Assembly (NCBI GenBank): GCA_900314215.1 | Contig: OMUK01000101.1 | Span: 9,830 to 73,829, forward strand | Reading direction: 5' to 3' | DNA: 64,000 bases | Source of the DNA: an uncultured Prevotellaceae bacterium | GTDB lineage: Bacteria; Bacteroidota; Bacteroidia; Bacteroidales; Muribaculaceae | Shown: one piece after another, positions 56,326-64,000 of the stretch | Layout: each line of letters starts with the position of its first letter | Position numbering within the stretch: the first letter of the stretch is position 1 | The notes under the pieces: model-generated | What the model was told of the DNA's origin: nothing | What the model saw: only the letters and a program-made list of their open reading frames with translations | Databases searched by the model: none | Made by a program: the position numbers and the translations under genes

Positions 56326-57403
56326 ATCGGTAAATCGTTATTTTGCTGTAATATTCTTTATCATCATTGGCGGTGCCTTTCTCCCAGGAGTAGCAACCCG
56401 GGTACATGAGGTCGAGCCGCTTCTGCACTTGCATCAGGCCTATGCCCGAGCCGCTCTTGTCGTTGGCTCGCTTGGGCCAGTTGCTGTTGCGTATCTCGCA
56501 CACGATCGCGTCGTCGTCGTGGCTCATGCTCACCAGTATATAGCCCTTGCCGCTGGGCGAGATGCCGTGCTTGAAGGCATTCTCGATGAGCGAGATGAAG
56601 ATGAGCGGGGCTATGGGGGTGGAGTCGTCGTCGGCCACGGTGATGTGGGTTTCGACTTTCACATTGCTGGTCACGCGTATCTTCATGAGCGCGATGTAAT
56701 TTTTCATAAACGCCACTTCCTTGTAGAGGGGCACATAGTTCTGCTGGTTCTCATAGAGCACGTGGCGCAGCAGCTTGCTCAGCTCCTCGACGGCGGTCTG
56801 TGCCTTCTCGGGGGCAAAGGCGATGAGGGCGTAGATGTTGTTGAGCGTGTTGAGCAGGAAGTGGGGGTTGAGCTGGTTGCGCAGGTTGGTGAGCTCGGCC
56901 TCGCTCTTGGCTTTCTCGGCCTCGCGGCGCGTCTCCTCGATGTGCTGCCAGCGTTGCCCCATGCACACTGCCATGGCCAGCGCTGCCACAAGCGCCGTCA
57001 TGAGCGCGCTCTGAAACATCATGTTCCACAAGGGCGGCCCGCCGTGGCGGTGAGGCGGGCGTCGCTCCATGCGAGGCATCTCGTCGGGCAAGATGTGGCC
57101 GAAGGCGTCCCACCAACCCAGCGACAAACCTATGATTGCGGCGATGAGGAGCACATTGAGCATGATATAGAGGCCGCGCTTGCGGGTAAACAAGAACTTG
57201 GGCGCCAGCCACAGGTAGTTGACATAGAAGATGATCATGTAGCCCAGCGTGCCGCCCAACGAGCGCAACCAGTGGCTCATGCGCAGCTCCCACGACTCGT
57301 TGGGGCGGAAGAAAGCCAGCGGCAGAAACAAGACAATGCTCCAGCACATGATGTGTATAAGCAGCTCTCTTCGCTTCATTGATTTTCGTTCGTTATCGCT
57401 CAT
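56300..57403 (-). CDS. LytS-type sensor histidine kinase
   Basis: N-terminal TMs, QLNPHFLLNTLNNIY, LIENAFKHG, SGIGL; -7 box TAACTTTG at 57406-57413. Confidence 0.93.
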   Translation of the reverse strand: MSDNERKSMKRRELLIHIMCWSIVLFLPLAFFRPNESWELRMSHWLRSLGGTLGYMIIFYVNYLWLAPKFLFTRKRGLYIMLNVLLIAAIIGLSLGWWDAFGHILPDEMPRMERRPPHRHGGPPLWNMMFQSALMTALVAALAMAVCMGQRWQHIEETRREAEKAKSEAELTNLRNQLNPHFLLNTLNNIYALIAFAPEKAQTAVEELSKLLRHVLYENQQNYVPLYKEVAFMKNYIALMKIRVTSNVKVETHITVADDDSTPIAPLIFISLIENAFKHGISPSGKGYILVSMSHDDDAIVCEIRNSNWPKRANDKSGSGIGLMQVQKRLDLMYPGCYSWEKGTANDDKEYYSKITIYRYDTQVRNS

Positions 57404-57451
57404 TGCAAAGTTAACTATTTTTTTGACAGAAAACAAGTTATAAAATATTTT

Positions 57452-58675
57452 CTACTCGTAGCGTATGGCCTCGATGGGGTCGAGATTGGCCGCTTTCTTG
57501 GCCGGATACCAGCCAAAGAACACGCCAATAAAGGTACACACCGTGAACGAGAGGATGATGGTCCACACCTCGATGCTGATGGGCCAGTGGGCAAAGGTCT
57601 TGACGGCAAATGCCGCCCCCACGCCCAGCAGCACGCCTATCACGCCGCCGGTGATGCTGATGAGCACCGACTCGATGAGGAACTGTGCCAGGATGTCGAT
57701 GCCGCGGGCTCCCACACTCATGCGCAGGCCTATCTCGCGGGTGCGCTCGGTCACCGACACATACATGATATTCATGATGCCGATGCCGCCCACCACCAGG
57801 GCGATGCCGGCCACGGCTGCCAACAGCGTGGTCATCATGCTGGTGGTAGAATTCATCATCGAGCTCATCTCCTCTTGCGAGCGTATGTTGAAGTCATCGT
57901 CCTCACCGGCCTTGAGCTTGTGGTCGGTGCGCAAGATCGAGGTGACGTCTTGAATGGCGAGGTCGGTCATGCTCTCCTTGATGGCGCTGGCATAGATGCC
58001 CGAGAGATAGGTCTGGGCAAGCATGCGCTTCATCACGGTGGTGTAGGGGGCCAGGATGATGTCGTCCTGGTCCATGCCCATCGAGTTGTAGCCCTTCTTC
58101 TTGAGCACACCCACCACGCGCATGGGAATCTTGTTGAAACGTATCACCTGTCCTATGGGGTCGGCGCCCTCGCCAAAGAGGTTGTCGACGATCGTCTTGC
58201 CGATGACGCACACCTTGGCGCTGGCCTTGATGTCGGCATTGGTAAACATCTCGCCCTCCTCCACGGTGAGCTGGCGTATCTCCAGGTAGTCCTGGCTCAC
58301 GCCGGTCACGCTCGTCTGGTAGTTGTTGTTGCCAAAGATGACCTGGCCGCTCGAGCTCACATTGGGGCTCACGGCTGCAAGATACTTGTTCTGGTCAACG
58401 ATATTCTCATAGTCCTGCAAGGTGAGGGTCTCCATGTCGTCGGCGCTCTGGCGGGCGCCGCCGGGGCCCTTGTCCTCGCCGGGGTGTATCATGATCATGT
58501 TGGAGCCCATCTCGGCGATTTGCTTCTGGATGCTCACCTTGGAGCCCTGCCCTATGGCAAGCATGGTGATGACCGAGCCCACGCCTATGATGATGCCCAG
58601 CATGGTGAGAAACGACCGCATCTTGTTGGCTGCGATGGCCTTGATAGCTATTCTGAATAGATTGAAAAAATTCAT
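57452..58675 (-). CDS. macB: MacB-family ABC transporter permease
   Basis: NKMRSFLTMLGIIIGV, VGGIGIMNIMYVSVTERTREIGLR, QFLIES, LDPIEAIRYE. Confidence 0.95.
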   Translation of the reverse strand: MNFFNLFRIAIKAIAANKMRSFLTMLGIIIGVGSVITMLAIGQGSKVSIQKQIAEMGSNMIMIHPGEDKGPGGARQSADDMETLTLQDYENIVDQNKYLAAVSPNVSSSGQVIFGNNNYQTSVTGVSQDYLEIRQLTVEEGEMFTNADIKASAKVCVIGKTIVDNLFGEGADPIGQVIRFNKIPMRVVGVLKKKGYNSMGMDQDDIILAPYTTVMKRMLAQTYLSGIYASAIKESMTDLAIQDVTSILRTDHKLKAGEDDDFNIRSQEEMSSMMNSTTSMMTTLLAAVAGIALVVGGIGIMNIMYVSVTERTREIGLRMSVGARGIDILAQFLIESVLISITGGVIGVLLGVGAAFAVKTFAHWPISIEVWTIILSFTVCTFIGVFFGWYPAKKAANLDPIEAIRYE

Positions 58676-58754
58676 TGTATATGCTTTAGTTATGATGCAA
58701 GCCTCGAGTGGCGAGGGAGCTGCCCGCGCGGCTTGAGGCTGTCACCTACACATT

Positions 58755-59516
58755 TTAATCATCGTCGTTAACCGGCAGTGTGGCGAGCTTCTCGGCAGCG
58801 CTCTTGATGTCGGTATTCAACACATCGGCGCGTATCTTGCCGTCGCGCAGGGTGATGTTGCGGCTTGAGTACTGCGCTATCTCGGGGTTGTGGGTCACAA
58901 AGATGATGGTGCGGCCCTCGGCGTGCAGCTCCTGAAAGAGCACCAGTATCTCAAACGAGGTGCGGGTGTCGAGGTTGCCGGTGGCCTCGTCGGCGAGCAC
59001 CACGGCGGGGTCGTTGACCAGGGCGCGGGCGATTGCCACGCGCTGCATCTGGCCGCCGCTCATCTGGTTGCTCAGGTGCTCCAGGCGGTCGCCCAGGCCC
59101 ACACGCTTGAGTGCGGCCACTGCGCGGGCGCGGCGCTCGGTAGAGCCCACATTGGGGTTGTACATGAGGGGCAACTCCACATTGAGCACCGAGGTTGTCT
59201 TGGGCAACAGGTTGTAGTTTTGAAACACAAAGCCTATCTTGTGGTTGCGCAACAGGGCTCGCTGATTCTTGCTCATGGTGCGCACGGGCACGCCGTCGAG
59301 CTTGTACTCGCCGCTGGTGGGCTTGTCGAGGCATCCCAGTATGTTGAGCAGGGTCGACTTGCCCGAGCCCGAGGTGCCCATGATGGTCACAAACTCGCCC
59401 TCATAGATGGTGAACGACACGCCGCGCAGCGCGTGCACCGTCTCGCCGCCCACCTTGAAGTTGCGGCGCAGGTTGGTGAGCTCAATGACTGGTTTCTTAT
59501 TTACGTTTTCTTCCAT
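58755..59516 (-). CDS. ABC transporter ATP-binding protein (MacB/LolD type)
   Basis: [37 protein letters not shown]; start MEENV at 59516. Confidence 0.95.
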   Translation of the reverse strand: MEENVNKKPVIELTNLRRNFKVGGETVHALRGVSFTIYEGEFVTIMGTSGSGKSTLLNILGCLDKPTSGEYKLDGVPVRTMSKNQRALLRNHKIGFVFQNYNLLPKTTSVLNVELPLMYNPNVGSTERRARAVAALKRVGLGDRLEHLSNQMSGGQMQRVAIARALVNDPAVVLADEATGNLDTRTSFEILVLFQELHAEGRTIIFVTHNPEIAQYSSRNITLRDGKIRADVLNTDIKSAAEKLATLPVNDDD

Positions 59517-59542
59517 GATTAAGTTAGCTTGTAATCGCACAA

Positions 59543-60928
59543 TTATGCCGACTTGCCTCCACCGCCGCCGTTGGAGCCGCTGCCGTTGGAGCCACTGCTC
59601 TTTTTCTTGTCGCTGCCGGGACGCTTGGGCTGGAAGGGCGACGAGGTGTCGTCGCTGCTGCTTTCCTCATCGTTGCTGGCATCGCTGGCAACTGCCACGT
59701 CGACCACGACCTGGGTGCCCAGCTCGATGCCGCTCAATATCTCGGTGTGGGTGCCGTCGCTGGTGCCAATCTCCACGGTGTGGGGCACCAGCTTGTTGCC
59801 CTCGAGGGTCCACACCACATGCTCGCCACGGGCGGTGCCTATCTTGTATTTCTTGCCCACCACCTCGGTTGTGGGAGTGAAGCGCAATGCCTTGCTGGGC
59901 ACGCAGGTCACGTTGGAGCGGTCGAGGGTGTAGATGGTGACATTGGCGGTGAGGCCTGGCTTGAGCTTGAGGTCCTGGTTGGGGGCAGTGATCACCACCT
60001 CGTAGGTCACCACATTGTTGGTGGTGGTGGCATTCTGGCGCACTTGCTTCACGGTGCCGGTGAAGACGTCGTCGGGGTAAGCGTCGACGGTGAACTGGCA
60101 GCGCTGCCCTTCCTTCACATTGCCTATATCGGCCTCATCCACATCGGCCACCACCTGCATGTCGCGCAGGTCCTTGGCGATGGTCACCAGCGTTGGGGTG
60201 CTGTAGGACGAAGCCACGGTCTGGCCTTCCTCAACCGACTTTGAGATCACGACGCCGTCGATGGGGGCGGTGATGGTGGCATAGCCCAGATTGGTCTGCG
60301 CCTGCTTCACGCTCTCTTGGGCTGTGCCCACCTGCGTCTCTGCGCTGGCCACTTGCGTCTGTGCGCTGGCCACCTGCTCCTGGGCTTGTGCCACTTGCTT
60401 GGCGGCCTGCTGGTAGCTCAGGCGGGCGCTCTCATAGTCGTTGGCGCTCACCAGGCCCTTGCGGTAGAGGGTGGCATAGCGGTTGTAGTTCGACTTCTGG
60501 TAGTTCATGCTGGCTTGCGCGCTCTGCAAGGCTGCACGCTGCTGTTGCACGGCGGCCTGCTGGGTTCGCACGTCGGCACGGGCGCGCTCCAGGTTGTCCT
60601 GGGCGGTGGTGAGCTGGCTCTGCAGGTTCGACTTGTCGAGCTCGGCGATGACCTGGCCCTTCTTGACCTGACTGTTGTAGTCGACATTGAGCTTGGTCAC
60701 GATACCCGACACCTGCGTACCCACGTCGACCGAGGTCACAGCCTCGACAGTGCCAGTAGCGGTGACGCTTGACGAGATAGTGCCTTTCTCAACCTTGGCG
60801 GTTTCAAACTTTACCTCGCCGCTATCTTTCTTGCCACCAAAGATGAAGGCGAGCAGCGCGGCCACTACGGCCACAGCCACCACGATGGTGCCAATCTTCT
60901 TGATTGATTTTTTCTTGTTGTCTTCCAT
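59543..60928 (-). CDS. macA: Efflux periplasmic adaptor (MacA-like)
   Basis: ATGTVEA...VGTQVSG, coiled coil, ITAPIDGVVI, VDEADIG, LKPGLTANV. Confidence 0.93.
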   Translation of the reverse strand: MEDNKKKSIKKIGTIVVAVAVVAALLAFIFGGKKDSGEVKFETAKVEKGTISSSVTATGTVEAVTSVDVGTQVSGIVTKLNVDYNSQVKKGQVIAELDKSNLQSQLTTAQDNLERARADVRTQQAAVQQQRAALQSAQASMNYQKSNYNRYATLYRKGLVSANDYESARLSYQQAAKQVAQAQEQVASAQTQVASAETQVGTAQESVKQAQTNLGYATITAPIDGVVISKSVEEGQTVASSYSTPTLVTIAKDLRDMQVVADVDEADIGNVKEGQRCQFTVDAYPDDVFTGTVKQVRQNATTTNNVVTYEVVITAPNQDLKLKPGLTANVTIYTLDRSNVTCVPSKALRFTPTTEVVGKKYKIGTARGEHVVWTLEGNKLVPHTVEIGTSDGTHTEILSGIELGTQVVVDVAVASDASNDEESSSDDTSSPFQPKRPGSDKKKSSGSNGSGSNGGGGGKSA

Positions 60929-61005
60929 TATCTTGTGCTTTTGTTTTTATCGAGATGTGTTGTGTGAATTGTTGAAGTTTTCTAGCATGCTCACCTGGCA
61001 GCGGC

Positions 61006-62376
61006 CTAGAGGTCGATGGTTTCGCCCTTGTAGTACTTGAGCATGGCGGCATTGAGCAACTCGGTGTATTTGGCCTGCAGCATCTGCTGGTTGGCGCTCT
61101 CGAGGTTGGTCTTGCCCGTGGTGAGCTCAAGTATGTTTTTCAGCCCCAGGCGGTATTGCTCGCTGGTGAGGTCGTAGCTCGTCTGGGCATATTTTGCATT
61201 CTCCTTGGCCGCCACATAGCGCTGCTGGGCGTTGTAGGCGTTCATGTGATAGGTGTCGATGGTGTTCCACAGCGACTTTTGGGCGTCGAGCAGGTCGAGG
61301 TAGTAGCTTTCCTTCTCGAGGCGGGCCTTGGCGATGTTGTTTTTGGTCTTGCCGCCGTCGTAGATGGGCACGCTCACACTCAGGCCCACAAAGTTGTTCC
61401 AGTTCTTCTTGAGCTGGGTGAAGAGGTTGCCGCTGCCGCTCATGTTGGTCGAGTTGAGGCCGGCGTTGAGGTTGATCGAGGGGTACCAGGCTGCCTTGGC
61501 AATCTTCACGTCGAGGTCGCTCTTCTGCATGGCCAGCTTATTGGCCTGTATCTCGGGGCGCAGGGCGAGGGCGGCGTTGTAGACGTCGGTAGTGGTGGGC
61601 AGCATGGCGAGCACGTCGCCATCCACGCCGTTGCTGGCGATGTCGAAGTTCTCGTCGTCGCTTATCTCGAGCAGCTGCTTGAGCTGCAGCTTATACTGGT
61701 TGAGGGTGGTTTCGTCGGCCACCTTCTGATATTTGTCGGTAGCAAGCTGCGACTCGATTTGGCTCACGTCGGCCTGAGCCAGCAAGCCGTTTTTGTAGAA
61801 TTGCTGGGTGCGCTCGAGGTTCACCTGCGAGAGCTTGATTTGCTCCTCGTCTTGCTTCACGGTCTCGCGGGCATAGAGTATCTGCACATAGAGGTTGGTG
61901 ATTTGCTCCTCGATGTTGAGCTCCGAGGCGTTGGTGTTGAGCTCGGCAATCTGGGTGTTGATTTCGGCGAGCTTGATGTTGTTGCTCGTGGTGCCGCCGT
62001 CGAAGAGGGGCATCGAGGCATTCACGCCATAGTTGCCGCTATAGGTCCACTTGCTGCCGGTCGAGATCACCTGGCTGCCATTGACCACTGCCGAGGTCTC
62101 GCGAAAGGGGGCGTAGCTGCCTTGCTGGCTCGTCGAGGCGCTCACGGTGGGCAGCCGGCCGGCCTTGGCGTTGGCCAGGTCGAGGCGGGCGCTCTGGGCA
62201 CTCACTTTGTTTTTTCTCACGGTCACATTGTTCTGCTTGGCATAGTCGATGCAGTTGCGCAAGGTCCAGCTCGAGGGCTTGGCTGTGACTGTGGCTTGCA
62301 GTGTGTCTTGGGCATGCGCAGCCGCCGGTGTGAGCAGCAATAGCGCTGTGGTGACGATTGCTAGTGTTGATTTCAT
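61006..62376 (-). CDS. tolC: TolC-family outer-membrane channel
   Basis: Start MKSTL at 62376; WTLRNCIDYA, ALRPEI, YPSINL, SVPIYDGG. Confidence 0.93.
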   Translation of the reverse strand: MKSTLAIVTTALLLLTPAAAHAQDTLQATVTAKPSSWTLRNCIDYAKQNNVTVRKNKVSAQSARLDLANAKAGRLPTVSASTSQQGSYAPFRETSAVVNGSQVISTGSKWTYSGNYGVNASMPLFDGGTTSNNIKLAEINTQIAELNTNASELNIEEQITNLYVQILYARETVKQDEEQIKLSQVNLERTQQFYKNGLLAQADVSQIESQLATDKYQKVADETTLNQYKLQLKQLLEISDDENFDIASNGVDGDVLAMLPTTTDVYNAALALRPEIQANKLAMQKSDLDVKIAKAAWYPSINLNAGLNSTNMSGSGNLFTQLKKNWNNFVGLSVSVPIYDGGKTKNNIAKARLEKESYYLDLLDAQKSLWNTIDTYHMNAYNAQQRYVAAKENAKYAQTSYDLTSEQYRLGLKNILELTTGKTNLESANQQMLQAKYTELLNAAMLKYYKGETIDL

Positions 62377-62550
62377 ATCTTTCTCAATTTTTCTCACCGC
62401 AAATGTAAAAAACCTTAATTATTTAACACAAATTAAATAGACTGCCTCAATTTTTCCATAGAAATACCCCCCTTTTTCATCGATTAATTGTTCCCGGCCC
62501 CAATCCATCCCGCAAGAGTGCAGGCAAAGCGGCGAGAAATGACTAAAATA

Positions 62551-62599
62551 AAAACAGGGGGCACAATTCTTGACCAGAGTTCAATGCCTCCTGTTTTTT
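62551..62599. terminator. Bidirectional terminator
   Basis: AAAACAGGGGGCA / TGCCTCCTGTTTT. Confidence 0.7.
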
Positions 62600-62624
62600 G
62601 TTAATAGTTATGTGTAGAAGCAGT

Positions 62625-63932
62625 TTACTTCACGAGCACTTTCACAGCCTTGTTGCCTGTGCGCTTCACGTAGACTCCAGGTTGAGCGGGATTGTCGACA
62701 CGCACGCCATTCAAGTCATAATATACTGCTTTGAAGTTGCCGTCGGCATGAATGAGGTCGACGCTACTCACGTTGGGATTAGCCTCGATTTTGGTGAAGT
62801 TTTTCCATCCGTCGGCTTGCCGGTAAGCCTCAATTGACTTCTCTGGCACATAGAGCGTTGCTTCGCTATACACGTTGCTTGGGAAGTCGGCGCCTGTGGG
62901 CGGAACCAAGCTCTCGCAATATACTTTCTTGAGGGCTGTGCTGTTGTCAAACACGGCTTCTTCAAGGGTGGTCACATCCTTGCCAAATGTGATCTCACTC
63001 AATGCAAAGCAGTATTCAAAAGCACGCTTGCCCACTGTCTTCACTCCGTCGTTCACCTTGTATTTCGGCAGGTCAACGCAGTAGCTGAATGTTTCCTCGG
63101 GAAGTGTGTCGAGTGCCTCGGGCAATGTGGCATCGGTGAGCGATGTGCATGCAAGCAGCACCCCTTTGCCCATGTACTTAACCGAGTTGGGCACAATCAC
63201 ATGATTGAGTTTCTCGCATTTAGCGAAAGCATACTTGCCGATGCTGTCTACACCATCGGGTATTGTAATTGAACCCATAGAATTGCACTCGTAAAACGCA
63301 TATTGGCTTATCTTGTGCAAGGTGGAGGGCAAGGTGACGTTACTGAGCTTCAAGCAACCGCTGAAGAGGCCTGTCGAAATAGAGTCGATGCCTTCACCCA
63401 CAACGAGCGTGTCGAGCATCTTGTTGTCCTGAAATGCCTCTTTGCCGATTTTTTTACACGTTCCCGGGATGGAAAGCGATTTGAGTTTAGCGTCGCAAAA
63501 TGCATTGGTCTCTATCTCTTGCAGCCCCGTGGGCAGGTTGATCTCGGTGATATATGATCCATAGAACGACCACTCGTCGATCTTGCGAATGGTAGACGGG
63601 AGCTTTACCGACTTGAGGCTGGTGGCATCATCGTCGAAGCAAAACTTGCCGATTTCCACCACCGTGTACTCGGTGCCGTCGTTGGTGACCTTTGCTGGTA
63701 CCACCACGTCGCCGCTGTAGGGAGCGGCATCATTGATATAATCAATGGCAAAACGCACAGTCTTGTCGGCCTTTGAGATGATCTCGTAATAGTAGTTGCC
63801 GCTGTAGAACGTGCCTTCATTTGGGTCGGCTGCACGCTGGGCCGGCTTCGATGCTGCCGTGGCAACTGTCGCTAGGCACAATCCAAGCACTGTGAAGAAC
63901 AATCTCACCTTTTTACTCATTCTCATATTCAT
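62625..63932 (-). CDS. BspA-type leucine-rich-repeat surface protein with T9SS-type CTD
   Basis: Repeats L..I.LP..L..I...AF..C; WKNFTKI; CTD YYDLNGVRVDNP.QPGVYVKR. Confidence 0.92.
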   Translation of the reverse strand: MNMRMSKKVRLFFTVLGLCLATVATAASKPAQRAADPNEGTFYSGNYYYEIISKADKTVRFAIDYINDAAPYSGDVVVPAKVTNDGTEYTVVEIGKFCFDDDATSLKSVKLPSTIRKIDEWSFYGSYITEINLPTGLQEIETNAFCDAKLKSLSIPGTCKKIGKEAFQDNKMLDTLVVGEGIDSISTGLFSGCLKLSNVTLPSTLHKISQYAFYECNSMGSITIPDGVDSIGKYAFAKCEKLNHVIVPNSVKYMGKGVLLACTSLTDATLPEALDTLPEETFSYCVDLPKYKVNDGVKTVGKRAFEYCFALSEITFGKDVTTLEEAVFDNSTALKKVYCESLVPPTGADFPSNVYSEATLYVPEKSIEAYRQADGWKNFTKIEANPNVSSVDLIHADGNFKAVYYDLNGVRVDNPAQPGVYVKRTGNKAVKVLVK

Positions 63933-64000
63933 ATTCCTTTCGTTTTAGAGAAAACACCGATGAAATTTGACTTATTTCTTCACAATCTTCTTGCCATTCA

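Noticed and set aside
55609-62376. tolC-macA-ABC-macB-LytS/LytTR as a novel system
   Set aside because: Common, conserved Bacteroidales arrangement; nothing atypical seen

Overview
A 64 kb chromosomal segment of a GC-rich (roughly 60%) Bacteroidales genome, probably Muribaculaceae/Prevotellaceae-like. The assignment rests on TAnnTTTG -7 promoter boxes, a SusC/SusD pair, T9SS-type C-terminal domains and Bacteroides-type gene order. Housekeeping blocks are pepD-folK-mutY, the OMP-lptC-CNNM-fur operon, ftsB, trmD, tRNA-Val(CAC) and tolC-macA-macB-LytS/LytTR. Between them lie accessory blocks: (i) a 10.9-21 kb detox/esterase islet (2H phosphoesterase, acyltransferase, VOC, nitroreductase, subtype B tannase, a thioredoxin/alpha-beta-hydrolase fusion, Fic, MFS and an amidohydrolase relic); (ii) an orphan SusC/SusD whose signal peptide is cut off by a 1-nt frameshift just after the ATG; (iii) the best candidate for an undescribed system, a two-operon locus with a motif-degenerate Tm-1-like (UPF0261) paralog translationally coupled to an AraC regulator, followed by a canonical Tm-1-like protein and a PEP-hydrolase-like TIM barrel, with 21-bp-spaced AraC-type repeats at the second promoter; (iv) a rhamnose operon interrupted by an anSME plus Ser-type sulfatase, with rhaD inverted; (v) several T9SS-type secreted proteins; (vi) a macrodomain-like plus MmcQ pair beside the tRNA 3' end. 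A REP-like palindrome family (about 9 copies of one type, 3 of a second) occupies intergenic regions as singlets, inverted doublets and a 65-bp tandem array. No integrase, transposase, CRISPR array or rRNA was seen. All product calls come from motif recognition by eye, not database searches.
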